DNA from: Acidobacteriota bacterium
GTDB taxonomy: Bacteria; Acidobacteriota; Thermoanaerobaculia; Multivoradales; JAGPDF01
NCBI GenBank assembly: GCA_011525905.1
Contig: WYBK01000242.1
Location: forward strand, 21,153-85,152
Length of the DNA stretch: 64,000 nucleotides
Direction of reading: 5' to 3'
A program made the position numbers and the translations under genes. How positions within the stretch are numbered: position 1 is the first letter of the stretch; each line of letters begins with the position of its first letter. The notes beneath the pieces are model-generated. The model was not told where the DNA came from. It saw only the letters and a list, made by a program, of their open reading frames with translations, and did no database searches. Shown here in pieces: positions 1-9,096 of the stretch.

Positions 1-737
1 TCGACACCGGGCCCCTGCTCGAGCGCGAGCTGGCGGTGCGGTCGGGCCTCGGCGCGATCGGCAAGAACACGAACCTGCTCTCGCCCACGCTCGGCTCGTG
101 GCTCCTGCTCGGAGTGTTGCTCCTGACCCTCGACCTCGAGCCCGACCCGCCGATCGGCGACCTCTGCGGCGAGTGCGCGCGTTGCCTGGAGGCCTGTCCG
201 ACCGGGGCGCTGCCCGAGCCCTTCCGCCTCGATGCCAACCGCTGCATCAGCTACTGGACGATCGAGCACCGGGGGCCGATCCCCGCGGAGCTCCGGGTGG
301 GCATCGGGGAGTGGGCCTTCGGCTGCGACGTCTGCCAGGAGGTCTGCCCGTGGAACGGGCGCCCGGCCCCGCTCGCCGGCCGGGAGGAGCTGCGCCCCCC
401 CGTCGCCGGCCGCGCTCTCGACCTGGTAGCCCTGCTCGAGTTGCCCGACCAGGAGCTACGCCGCCGCCTGACGGGCTCGCCCTTGCTCCGGCCGAAGCCG
501 GCTGGCCTCAGACGCAACGCAGCGCTCGTGCTCGGCAACGCCGGTCGCGCCGAGGCCCTGCCGGCGCTCGTCCGGGCGCTGGGGGATCCCTCGCCGGTGG
601 TTCGGGGGCAGGCCGCCTGGTCTCTCGGCCGGCTCGGCGGCTCGCAAGCGCGAGAGGCCCTGGAGGCGGCCGGGGCGGTCGAGGAGGACGACGGGGTGCT
701 GGGCGAGATCGCGCGAGCGCTCGCGGCCCTGGATTGA
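1..737 (+). CDS. queG: Epoxyqueuosine reductase QueG, 3' portion (5' end outside window)
   Basis: The frame is open from nt 3 (DTGPLLERELAVRSGLGAIGKNTNLL...). It has the 4Fe-4S ferredoxin Cys motifs (CGECARCLEACP, CDVCQEVCPWN) followed by HEAT-like repeats (ALVLGNAG..PALVRALGDPSPVVRGQAAWSLGRLG), as in QueG. Stop at 735-737. Confidence 0.8.
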   Translation, partial: DTGPLLERELAVRSGLGAIGKNTNLLSPTLGSWLLLGVLLLTLDLEPDPPIGDLCGECARCLEACPTGALPEPFRLDANRCISYWTIEHRGPIPAELRVGIGEWAFGCDVCQEVCPWNGRPAPLAGREELRPPVAGRALDLVALLELPDQELRRRLTGSPLLRPKPAGLRRNAALVLGNAGRAEALPALVRALGDPSPVVRGQAAWSLGRLGGSQAREALEAAGAVEEDDGVLGEIARALAALD

Positions 738-764
738 CAACAAGTTGCTAGTCTGCCTAGACTT
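735..764 (+). promoter_or_regulatory. Putative sigma70-type promoter of rpsA (TTGACA-N18-TAGACT)
   Basis: TTGACA at 735-740, 18-nt spacer, TAGACT at 759-764. It lies about 100 nt upstream of rpsA, and a strong RBS (AAGGAGG, 845-851) sits before the ATG at 863. Pattern match only. Confidence 0.3.
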
Positions 765-862
765 GCACCTCTTGAGCCGTCCCTAGGGCGAGACTCGAGC
801 CCCCCCTGCAGGGTGCCAGGCCGCGGCCTGAGAAAAAAAGCCACAAGGAGGAAGTCCGGATA

Positions 863-2620
863 ATGGTTTCAACCGAGAAGGAGCGCTTGGACCTCGAAGA
901 GGGAACGACCCGCGAGGACCAGCAGGCCTACGACCAGTTCGTAGCGCTCTACGACGAGAGCCTGCGCAATCTCACCGAAGGAGAGATCGTCCGCGGCAAG
1001 GTCATGCACGTCGGCGAGACTTCCGTCATCGTCGACGTCGGCTACAAGTCCGAGGGTCTCATCCCGCTCGAGGAGTTCGAGGACGTCGAGGGCCGGGTCA
1101 CGATCCAGGAGGGCGACGAGGTCGAGGTGCTCCTCGAGAAGACCGAGGACGTGGAGGGCCACATCCTGCTCTCCTACTCCAAGGCCGAGCGGATGCGGAT
1201 CTGGACCGACGTCGAGCAGAGCTTCAAGGAGGGCAGGGTCCTCAAGGGTCGCGTGATCGACCGGATCAAGGGTGGGCTCACCGTGGACGTGGGCGTGCGC
1301 GCCTTCCTGCCCGGCAGCCTGGCCGACATCAAGCCGCTCAAGAACCTCGAGGCGCTCAAGGGCAAGGAGCTCGAGTTCAAAGTCATCAGCCTCGACCGAC
1401 GCCGCAACAACATCGTCCTGTCGCGCAAGGCCGTGCTCGAGAAAGAGTACGAGCAGAAGAAGGCCGAGACGCTCGAGAAGCTCCAGGACGGCGTCGTGAT
1501 GAAGGGCGTGGTCAAGAACATCACGGACTACGGCGCGTTCATCGATCTCGGCGGCATCGACGGCCTGCTGCACATCACCGACATTTCCTGGGGCCGAGTG
1601 AATCATCCCTCGGAGCACTTCGCGATCGGCGACGAGGTCGAGGTGGTCGTGCTCAAGTTCGACCGGGAGACCGAGCGTGTCTCGCTCGGCTACAAGCAGA
1701 AGGGCGAGGATCCCTGGGTGCTGGTCGACAAGAAGTTCCCGGTCGGCTCGCGCGTCCAGGGCAAGGTGGTGTCGCTGGTCGACTACGGCGCCTTCGTCGA
1801 GCTCGAAGAAGGCGTCGAGGGCCTGGTCCACGTCAGCGAGATGTCGTGGACCAAGAAGGTGGTGAACCCCTCGAAGCTGCTCACGGTCGGTCAGGAGATC
1901 GAGGCGATCGTCACCGAGCTCGACTTGCAACAGCGGCGGATCTCGCTGTCGCTGCGTCAGACCGAGCGCAACCCGTGGGAGGACCTGACGCACCACTTCC
2001 CGGTCGGCTCGATCATCGAGGGCAAGGTGCGCAACCTGACCGAGTTCGGTGCCTTCGTAGAGATCACCGAGGAGATCGACGGCTTGGTGCACGTCTCCGA
2101 CATGAGCTGGACCAAGCGCATCAAGCACCCGAGCGAGGTGCTCAAGAAGGGGGACACCGTCCGGGCGCGGATCACCAACATCGACGTCGAGAACCAGCGC
2201 GTGTCGCTGTCGATCAAGGAGTTCTTGCCCAACGAATGGCAAGACTTCGTCGAGAACAACCGGGTTGGCGACGTCATCACCGGCCGGGTCGTCAACGTCA
2301 CCGATTTCGGCCTGTTCATCGATGTCTACGACGGCCTCGAGGGACTCGCGCACATCAGCGAGATCGACTTCGGCGGCGGCAAGCTGTCGGACCACTTCCG
2401 CTCGGGGGACTGGGTGCGCGCGCGCATCCTGCGCATCGAGGACGACGATCGCAAGGTCGGGCTGACGCTGCGCGGCGTGACTCCGCCGAGCGAGGCGGAG
2501 ATCGCCGAGCTCGAGGCGGCGGCTCGGCAGAGCGCGGCCGCCGCCGAGGCCGCGGTCGCTGCGGCCGAAGCGGCCGAGGCGTCCGGCGACGGCGAGCCGG
2601 ACGAGCACGCACCGGCCTGA
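863..2620 (+). CDS. rpsA: 30S ribosomal protein S1
   Basis: 585 aa with six tandem S1 domains (repeated GxV.G.V..I...GAFV.L..G..GL.H.S motifs). Strong RBS. Confidence 0.95.
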   Translation: MVSTEKERLDLEEGTTREDQQAYDQFVALYDESLRNLTEGEIVRGKVMHVGETSVIVDVGYKSEGLIPLEEFEDVEGRVTIQEGDEVEVLLEKTEDVEGHILLSYSKAERMRIWTDVEQSFKEGRVLKGRVIDRIKGGLTVDVGVRAFLPGSLADIKPLKNLEALKGKELEFKVISLDRRRNNIVLSRKAVLEKEYEQKKAETLEKLQDGVVMKGVVKNITDYGAFIDLGGIDGLLHITDISWGRVNHPSEHFAIGDEVEVVVLKFDRETERVSLGYKQKGEDPWVLVDKKFPVGSRVQGKVVSLVDYGAFVELEEGVEGLVHVSEMSWTKKVVNPSKLLTVGQEIEAIVTELDLQQRRISLSLRQTERNPWEDLTHHFPVGSIIEGKVRNLTEFGAFVEITEEIDGLVHVSDMSWTKRIKHPSEVLKKGDTVRARITNIDVENQRVSLSIKEFLPNEWQDFVENNRVGDVITGRVVNVTDFGLFIDVYDGLEGLAHISEIDFGGGKLSDHFRSGDWVRARILRIEDDDRKVGLTLRGVTPPSEAEIAELEAAARQSAAAAEAAVAAAEAAEASGDGEPDEHAPA

Positions 2621-2636
2621 TCGGCAGACCTTCGGG

Positions 2637-2680
2637 GGCGCCGGCCCGCGCGGGTCGGCGCCTCTCTGCGTTCTTTTTCT
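2637..2680 (+). terminator. Rho-independent terminator after rpsA
   Basis: A GC hairpin (GGCGCCGGCCCG..CGGGTCGGCGCC, 2637-2662) is followed by a T-rich tract (TCTCTGCGTTCTTTTTCT). Confidence 0.5.
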
Positions 2681-2695
2681 GCGAGGGGTTGCGAC

Positions 2696-2998
2696 GTGGC
2701 GATAAGCGACGGATTGACGAAGGCCGAGCTGGTCGAAGAGGTGGCCAAGGCCACGCAGGTCACCAAGAAGCAGGCGGAAGAGATCGTCAATACCGTCTTC
2801 CAGACGATCGTGGAGTCCTTGCGGTCGGGCAAGAAGATCGAGCTGCGCGGTTTCGGAAGCTTCCGCATCCGCAGTCGCGGGGCGCGCATCGGCCGCAATC
2901 CGAAGACCGGCGAGCGCGTCGAGGTGCCGCCGAAGCGGATCCCGTACTTCAAGCCGGGCAAGGAGCTCAAGGAACAGCTCAACCGGAGCTCCGACTGA
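2696..2998 (+). CDS. ihfB: Integration host factor beta subunit (HU/IHF family)
   Basis: 100 aa with the motif GFGSF..R...GRNPKTGE.V.....IPYFKPGKELK. The rpsA-ihfB order is conserved. GTG start. Confidence 0.8.
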   Translation: MAISDGLTKAELVEEVAKATQVTKKQAEEIVNTVFQTIVESLRSGKKIELRGFGSFRIRSRGARIGRNPKTGERVEVPPKRIPYFKPGKELKEQLNRSSD

Positions 2999-3008
2999 AG
3001 CCGAGACG

Positions 3009-3401
3009 ATGACCGAAGCCGCACGGGCCCGCCTCCCCTGGAAGACCTTCCTGCTCTGTGCGCTCGCCTGGCTGGTTCCGGCGAGCGGCCACCTGCTGCT
3101 CGGTCGGCGCGGCCGCGCGCTGGTCTTCGCGCTGCTCGTCGCGACCGCGATCGCCGTGGGCTACGCCCTCGATGGCAACCTTCACCGCGTCGTCGAGGGC
3201 CAGCCGCTCTCCCGGCTGGCGACGCTGGGGGCGATGGGCATGGGATTGCCCTACTTCCTCTTGCGTTGGGGCCTGGGCTATGCCGGCTCGGCCGCGGCTG
3301 CGGGGTACGAGTACGGCACGGTGTTCCTGCTCTCCGCCGGTCTGATGAACCTGCTGCTCGTGCTCGACGTCTGGGACATCTCGACCGGGCGCAAGGAGTA
3401 G
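3009..3401 (+). CDS. Hypothetical small integral membrane protein (about 4 TM)
   Basis: 130 aa, strongly hydrophobic, no recognisable domain. It is wedged between ihfB and lpxB. Confidence 0.45.
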   Translation: MTEAARARLPWKTFLLCALAWLVPASGHLLLGRRGRALVFALLVATAIAVGYALDGNLHRVVEGQPLSRLATLGAMGMGLPYFLLRWGLGYAGSAAAAGYEYGTVFLLSAGLMNLLLVLDVWDISTGRKE

Positions 3402-3405
3402 CTGC

Positions 3406-3597
3406 TTGAATCACCTCCTGTTCATGACGCTCTACGCGGCGATGCTGGGGGTCTTCTTCGCTGCGCTCTGGCGCCGCGACGCGCGGGCGCAGTTCAAGCT
3501 CTTCGCGCAGATCTTCGGCAGCCTGATGCTCGGCGCGATCGCGCTCGGCTGGCTGCTCTACTTCCTGCCGACGGGGCCCCCGGCGCCGATCCCATGA
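3406..3597 (+). CDS. Hypothetical small membrane protein (2 TM)
   Basis: 63 aa with two hydrophobic helices. Its stop overlaps the lpxB start (ATGA). It could also be an artefact. Confidence 0.3.
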   Translation: MNHLLFMTLYAAMLGVFFAALWRRDARAQFKLFAQIFGSLMLGAIALGWLLYFLPTGPPAPIP

Positions 3598-4739
3598 GTC
3601 GGAGCGATCTGCTCGTGGTCGCTGGCGAGGCCTCGGGCGATCTGCACGGCGCGCGCCTGCTCGCGGCGCTCCGCCGCCACCGGCCCGAGATCACGGCGTT
3701 CGGCCTCGGCTCCCGCGAGCTCGCCGCGGCCGGCCTCGATCTGATCGGCGACAGCCGGGAGATCTCGGTGGTCGGTCTGGTCGAGGTGGCCCGGATTTTC
3801 GAACGGGCGCGCGAGCACTTCCGCCGGCTGCTCGCCGAGGTCGAGAGGCGACGCCCGCGTGCCGCCGTGCTGGTCGATTTTCCCGATTTCAACCTCCGCC
3901 TGGCGCGCGAGCTCGCTTGGGCGGGGGTGCCGGTCGTCTACTACGTCAGTCCGCAGATCTGGGCCTGGCGCCGCGGGCGCGTGCGCACGATCGCCGACAC
4001 GGTCGATCGCATGCTCGTGCTCTTCGGTTTCGAAGCGGCGTTCTACCGGAGCCACGGCGTGCGGGTCGTCCACGTCGGCCATCCGCTGGTCGACGAGGTC
4101 CCGGTCCTGCCGCAGGTGTGGGACGGGAGCAGGGCGGAGGCCGCGCCGCCGCGGCTCGCGCTGCTGCCCGGCTCCCGCAGGAGCGAGATCGAGGCGCTCC
4201 TGCCGGTGATGGCCGAGGGGATGAAACGGCTGGCCGAGAGAATGCCGATCGAGGTGCGCTGGATCGAGGCTCCCTCGCTCGGCGAGCACGAGCTGGCCGA
4301 GCGGCTCGAACGCTTCGGCCACGGCGGAGCACAGATCGTGCGCGAGGAGCGTTTCGAGGCGATCGCCGAGAGCCACCTGGCGCTGTGCGCCTCGGGCACC
4401 GCCACGCTCGAGGTCGGACTGCTCGGAACGCCGATGGTGGTGCTCTACCGTCTCTCGCCGGTCACCTACCAGGCCGCCCGTCTGCTGGTGCGCGTACCGC
4501 ACGTCAGTCTCGCGAACCTGGTCCTCGGACGCGGGGCCGTGCCCGAGCTCCTCCAGAAGGAGGCGCGGCCGGAGCGCATCGCCGAGGTCGCGGCGACGCT
4601 GCTCGGCGACCGCGCGCGGATCGATGCGATGCGCCGCGAGCTCGCCGAGCTCCGTCCGAGGCTCGGCGCGCCCGGCGCCTCGGAGCGCGCCGCCGCCGAG
4701 GTGCTCGCGGTGCTCGACCGCGCGGGGAGGGCGGCTTGA
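3594..4739 (+). CDS. lpxB: Lipid-A-disaccharide synthase
   Basis: 381 aa with the motifs LLVVAGEASGDLHGARL, VYYVSPQIWAWR and LPGSR.SEI, typical of LpxB (glycosyltransferase family 19). Confidence 0.9.
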   Translation: MSRSDLLVVAGEASGDLHGARLLAALRRHRPEITAFGLGSRELAAAGLDLIGDSREISVVGLVEVARIFERAREHFRRLLAEVERRRPRAAVLVDFPDFNLRLARELAWAGVPVVYYVSPQIWAWRRGRVRTIADTVDRMLVLFGFEAAFYRSHGVRVVHVGHPLVDEVPVLPQVWDGSRAEAAPPRLALLPGSRRSEIEALLPVMAEGMKRLAERMPIEVRWIEAPSLGEHELAERLERFGHGGAQIVREERFEAIAESHLALCASGTATLEVGLLGTPMVVLYRLSPVTYQAARLLVRVPHVSLANLVLGRGAVPELLQKEARPERIAEVAATLLGDRARIDAMRRELAELRPRLGAPGASERAAAEVLAVLDRAGRAA

Positions 4740-6607
4740 GGCTGCTCGCCTTCGCGCTCCGCTACGCAGGGCGCTACTGGCCTTGGATGGTGGCGGCGTT
4801 CGTCGCGACGGCGGTTTACGCGGGCGCCACGGCGCTGCTCATCCCCATCGTCGGTTTCATCTTCGGCGAAGTGCTGCGCGACACCAACGCGCTCGGCACG
4901 TTCGGACTCGGGGGCGACGGTGCGGGCGTCGCTCCAGACGCCGTCGGCGCGGCGCAGGCGGGCGATCAGCTCAAGCTCGTCCTCTACCGCACGGTCACCG
5001 ACGGCTACGAGCAGCTCAAGGGGGCGCTCGGAGTCGGCCCGGAGCAGGTCGTCTACTTCGTTCCGGCGCTGTTCGTGGCGATATTCATGCTGCGCAGCTT
5101 GGCCGACTTCGTCAACGGTTACGCCTTCCAGCGCCTCGGGTTCGGCGCCACGACCGACCTTCGCAACGAGCTCTACGAGCGCGCCCTTCGCCAGTCGGCC
5201 CGCTTCTATGCCGAGCATCCCTCGGGCGAGCTGGTCAGCCGCGTGGTTCACGATGTCGGCGTCCTGCAGGCGGCGATCTCGACCCGACTGGTCGACATCG
5301 TCCAACAATCGGTGACGCTCCTGGCGCTCCTCGCGATGCTGATGTCGATCCATCTCCGGCTCGCCCTCTTCTGCCTGATCGCGGCTCCCGCCGTGATCTA
5401 CCCGATCGTGCGTTTCTCCAAGGGCATGCGTCGCACCAGCCACCGGGCGCAGGAGCGCACCGCGGACCTAGCCAATCTGGTCTCGGAGTCGGCGCGCGGT
5501 CACCGCGTGGTCAAGGCCTTCGGCATGGAGGGCTTCGAGTCGATGCGCTTTCGCGAAGCGACTCGGCGTCATCTGCGCGCCAACCTCAGAGGTCAGCTGA
5601 TCGCGAATCTCTCGAGCCCCGTGATCGAGACCCTGGGCGTCATCGGCGCCGGAGCCTTCCTCGTGTTCGCCGGCCGGGCCATCCAGTCGGGAGCGATGGA
5701 ATCGGCCACGCTGGTCGCCTTCTTGGTCAACCTCTACGTGATGTACGACCCGATCCGCAAGCTCAACAAGGCGAACCTGGTCGTACAGCAGTCGCTCGCC
5801 GCCGCCCAGCGCCTGCGTCAGGTGATGGAGGAGCCACTGGACATCGTCGACCGCCCCGGCGCCCGCCGGCTCGACGACTTCCGCGAGGTCATCCGCTTCT
5901 CGGGCGTGCGCTTCGCCTACGACCACCGGGAAGTGCTGCGCGGCATCGACCTCGAGGTGCGGCGGGGCGAGCTGGTGGCCTTCGTCGGGCCCTCGGGCGG
6001 CGGCAAGACCACGCTCACCTCGCTGCTGCCGCGCTTCTTCGACGTCACCGGAGGCAGCGTGACCATCGACGGCATCGACGTCCGCGACGTCACGCTCGCC
6101 AGCCTGCGCGCGCTGATCGGTCTGGTTACCCAGGAGACCGTGCTGTTCGACGACACGATTCGCAACAACATCGCCTACGGGCGCGTCGACCTGCCGTTCG
6201 AGCGCCTGCGCGCGGCCGCGGAGGCGGCGCTGGTCGACGAGTTCGTGAGGGAGCTGCCCGACGGCTACGACACCCTGGTCGGCGAAGGCGGTCTCCGGCT
6301 CTCGGGCGGCCAGCGGCAGCGGCTCGCGATCGCGCGAGCCCTGGTGAAGGACGCGCCGATCCTGGTGCTCGACGAGGCGACCTCGCAGCTCGATACGGAG
6401 TCGGAAGCCCTCGTTCAACGCGCGCTCGCCAACCTCATGCGCGGTCGGACGACCTTGGTGGTCGCTCACCGGCTCTCCACCGTGACGCGCGCCGACCGCA
6501 TCTGCGTGATCGAGGCCGGGCTGGTGGCGGAGCAGGGGACGCACGAACAGCTGCTGGCGCGCGACGGCACGTATCGGCGGCTCTACGAGCTCCAGTTCCG
6601 GGCCTGA
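4736..6607 (+). CDS. msbA: Lipid A export ABC transporter, fused permease/ATPase (MsbA-like)
   Basis: An N-terminal 6-TM domain is followed by an NBD with Walker A GPSGGGKTT, signature LSGGQRQR and Walker B ILVLDEATS. The start is TTG at 4736, overlapping the lpxB stop, or the ATG at 4787. Its position after lpxB supports an MsbA role. Confidence 0.85.
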   Translation: MRLLAFALRYAGRYWPWMVAAFVATAVYAGATALLIPIVGFIFGEVLRDTNALGTFGLGGDGAGVAPDAVGAAQAGDQLKLVLYRTVTDGYEQLKGALGVGPEQVVYFVPALFVAIFMLRSLADFVNGYAFQRLGFGATTDLRNELYERALRQSARFYAEHPSGELVSRVVHDVGVLQAAISTRLVDIVQQSVTLLALLAMLMSIHLRLALFCLIAAPAVIYPIVRFSKGMRRTSHRAQERTADLANLVSESARGHRVVKAFGMEGFESMRFREATRRHLRANLRGQLIANLSSPVIETLGVIGAGAFLVFAGRAIQSGAMESATLVAFLVNLYVMYDPIRKLNKANLVVQQSLAAAQRLRQVMEEPLDIVDRPGARRLDDFREVIRFSGVRFAYDHREVLRGIDLEVRRGELVAFVGPSGGGKTTLTSLLPRFFDVTGGSVTIDGIDVRDVTLASLRALIGLVTQETVLFDDTIRNNIAYGRVDLPFERLRAAAEAALVDEFVRELPDGYDTLVGEGGLRLSGGQRQRLAIARALVKDAPILVLDEATSQLDTESEALVQRALANLMRGRTTLVVAHRLSTVTRADRICVIEAGLVAEQGTHEQLLARDGTYRRLYELQFRA

Positions 6608-6609
6608 TC

Positions 6610-7281
6610 GTGGCCGACCGGAGGGAGGTTCCCGGGCTCCGGGCACGCGACCGAGCGCTGGTCGCCGTCGGCACCGCCGTGCTCCGGTTGTTGCGCGCGA
6701 GCCTGCGCATCCGCTTCCACGGCGACCGGCAGGTCCGCGACTGGGAGCGCTCCGGCCGACGCTTCATCCTCGCCTTCTGGCATCGTCACATGCTGCTCAT
6801 GCGCTACGCTTACCGCGGCGACCGGATGACCGTGTTGAGCAGCCAGAGCCGGGACGGCGAGCTGATGGTCCAGGTGCTCCGACGCCTGGGCATCGGGACC
6901 GTGCGCGGCTCCTCGACCCGCGGCGGCGTCGGGGGATTGCGCGAGCTGATCCGCGCCGCGCGCAACGGCTCCGATCTCGGCATCACGCCCGACGGTCCGA
7001 GGGGACCGGCGCGGCGGGTGCAGCCCGGTGTGATCGCAGCCGCTGCGATGAGTGGCCTACCGATCGTTCCGGTCGCGATGGCGGCGACGCGCTTCCGGGT
7101 CCTGTCGACCTGGGATCGGACGCTGGTGCCGCTGCCGGGCGCGGTCGTGCACGTGGCCTACGGCGAGCCGCTGGAGGTGCCACGGGACGGACGGCCGGAA
7201 GAGTGGTCGCCGCGGCTCGAGGGAGCGCTCGAGCGCACCGGCGACCGGGCCGAGCGCGAGGCGAGGAGCGGAGCTCGATGA
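6610..7281 (+). CDS. DUF374-family lysophospholipid acyltransferase-like protein
   Basis: 223 aa with motifs FILAFWHRHML, SQSRDGEL and GITPDGPRGP. The GTG start is 3 nt after the msbA stop. Members of this family are typically embedded in lipid A/Kdo clusters. Confidence 0.7.
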   Translation: MADRREVPGLRARDRALVAVGTAVLRLLRASLRIRFHGDRQVRDWERSGRRFILAFWHRHMLLMRYAYRGDRMTVLSSQSRDGELMVQVLRRLGIGTVRGSSTRGGVGGLRELIRAARNGSDLGITPDGPRGPARRVQPGVIAAAAMSGLPIVPVAMAATRFRVLSTWDRTLVPLPGAVVHVAYGEPLEVPRDGRPEEWSPRLEGALERTGDRAEREARSGAR

Positions 7282-8150
7282 GGAGCATGACCGGATTCGG
7301 CAGGGCGAGCGGCGAGCTCGACGGCCGGCGGGTGAGCGTGACGGTCCAGACGGTCAATCATCGGAACCTCGACCTGGTCGTCCGCTTGCCGGAGTCGTTG
7401 CGCGGCGCGGAGCCGGCGGTGCGCGACCGGGTGGCGCGTCTCATCCGACGCGGACGATGCGAGGTCTCGCTGGTCTTCTCCGACGATGGCGCCGCTCGCC
7501 GGCAGCGGCTCGATCCGGTGGCGGTGCGCGCCTGGCTCGAATCGGCCCGGCCGCTGGTCGACGAAGGCCTGGTCGAGCCGCGGGTCACGCTCGGAGACCT
7601 GCTGCGCGGGGGCGCTGCCCTCGACGCCGGCGACGCGGTCGCTCTCGATCCCGAGCGGATCACCGAGCTCCTGCCGACGATCGACGAGGCGGTGGCGCAA
7701 GCCGCCCGCGCGCGCGAATTCGAGGGGGAGCGCCTCGCCGCGGCCCTGGCGGAGCGGCGACAGGCTCTGGCGGTGGAGGTCGGGCGGCTCGAGGCGCGCC
7801 GCGAGGCCGCGGCCGCGCGCGCGGTCGAGGCGCTGGGCGCCCGACTCCGGGAGCTCGCCGGCGAGGCCGGCCTCTCGCCGGAGCGCTTGGCGCAGGAGAC
7901 CGCGGTGCTGGCGGACCGGCTCGACGTCCGCGAGGAGCTGGATCGGCTCCGGGCCCACCTCGAGCAGCTGACCGAGGTCGAGGCGGAGCCGGGCGCGATC
8001 GGGCGGCGCCTCGATTTCCTGGTGCAGGAGCTGCTGCGCGAGCTCAACACGTTGGCGGCGAAATGCCGGGACGTCGAGATGATCCGGCACGCGCTCGACG
8101 CCAAGCTGCTCTGCGAGCAGATGCGCGAACAGGTCCAGAACGTCGAGTGA
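7278..8150 (+). CDS. yicC: YicC family stress-induced protein
   Basis: 290 aa starting MRSMTGFGRASGE, with the VNHRNLDL motif and a C-terminal coiled-coil/YicC_N + DUF1732 organisation. Its ATG overlaps the upstream stop. Confidence 0.85.
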   Translation: MRSMTGFGRASGELDGRRVSVTVQTVNHRNLDLVVRLPESLRGAEPAVRDRVARLIRRGRCEVSLVFSDDGAARRQRLDPVAVRAWLESARPLVDEGLVEPRVTLGDLLRGGAALDAGDAVALDPERITELLPTIDEAVAQAARAREFEGERLAAALAERRQALAVEVGRLEARREAAAARAVEALGARLRELAGEAGLSPERLAQETAVLADRLDVREELDRLRAHLEQLTEVEAEPGAIGRRLDFLVQELLRELNTLAAKCRDVEMIRHALDAKLLCEQMREQVQNVE

Positions 8151-8157
8151 GGCCGGC

Positions 8158-8814
8158 GTGAGCGAAGAACGGGGAGAGATGTTCCTGCTCTCGGCGCCCT
8201 CGGGCGCCGGCAAGACCACGCTGATCCGCGCCGTGCTCTCCGGGGCGCTCGCCGGCCTCGACCGGATCGAGTTCTCGGTCAGCCACACCACCCGGCGGCC
8301 GCGCCCGGGGGAGGTCGACGGCGAGGACTATCATTTCGTCTCCCCCGAGACCTTCCAGCAGATGATCGCCGAGGACCGCTTCTTGGAGTGGGCGGAAGTC
8401 CACGGCCACTACTACGGCACTTCGGCGGACGCGGTCGTCCCCTTCCTCGCCGAGGGCGTCGACATGGTGATCGATCTCGACGTCCAGGGCGCCGAGCGGC
8501 TGATGGCGCGCTTCCCGGAGGCGCACTCGATCTTCATCATGCCGCCGAGCTACGACGACCTGGAGACGCGACTGCGGGGGCGCAGCTCGGACGACCCCGC
8601 GGAAATCGCTCGGAGACTGGCCGTATCTCTCTGGGAAATCAGGCGTTTCGATCGGTATCAGTATGTTATCATCAACGACGACGCCGAGCGCGCGAGCTGG
8701 GCGCTGGCGGCGATCGTGATCGAGAAGCGGCACCGCCGGGAGCGGATCCGCGAGCGTGCTGGCCGCGTCCTCGCCGATTTCCAGCGCGCGCAGCAGGAGC
8801 GCAGCGACCCCTGA
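8158..8814 (+). CDS. gmk: Guanylate kinase
   Basis: 218 aa with P-loop SAPSGAGKTT, and TTRRPRPGEVDGEDYHFVS. Confidence 0.95.
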   Translation: MSEERGEMFLLSAPSGAGKTTLIRAVLSGALAGLDRIEFSVSHTTRRPRPGEVDGEDYHFVSPETFQQMIAEDRFLEWAEVHGHYYGTSADAVVPFLAEGVDMVIDLDVQGAERLMARFPEAHSIFIMPPSYDDLETRLRGRSSDDPAEIARRLAVSLWEIRRFDRYQYVIINDDAERASWALAAIVIEKRHRRERIRERAGRVLADFQRAQQERSDP

Positions 8815-8859
8815 ACCGGACACGCACCGCCGTCTCGCGGACGGCGGAGAGGAGCCTCG

Positions 8860-9096
8860 ATGCATCGTATTCCCGAGAGAGTCGACAGCACGTTTCGGTA
8901 CGTCCTCTTGGCCGCCCGCCGCGCGGAGCAGCTGATGCGCGGCGGCCGCCCCAAGGTCGAGCTGCCTGCCGCCAAGCCGGCCCGGCTGGCGATGGCCGAG
9001 GTCAGCGGCGATCTCGTCGAGTGGGACTACGGCCCGCCGCCCGAGCCGGAGCCCCTCGAGGAAGTCGATGCGGCCGCGGAGGAGGAATCGGCCTGA
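8860..9096 (+). CDS. rpoZ: DNA-directed RNA polymerase subunit omega
   Basis: 78 aa with RYVLLAARRAEQLMRGG. The gmk-rpoZ order is conserved. Confidence 0.85.
   Translation: MHRIPERVDSTFRYVLLAARRAEQLMRGGRPKVELPAAKPARLAMAEVSGDLVEWDYGPPPEPEPLEEVDAAAEEESA

Noticed and set aside
869-2608. 579-aa antisense ORF opposite rpsA, and many similar long antisense/overlapping ORFs (for example 8044-10131 -, 10231-11736 -, 14084-16252 -, 21484-24363 -, 24796-26262 -, 34875-37370 -, 46710-49079 +)
   Set aside because: These are the typical stop-codon-poor alternative frames of a roughly 70% GC genome. Their translations are low-complexity Arg/Ala/Gly/Pro-rich, and every one lies opposite a gene with strong, recognisable homology.
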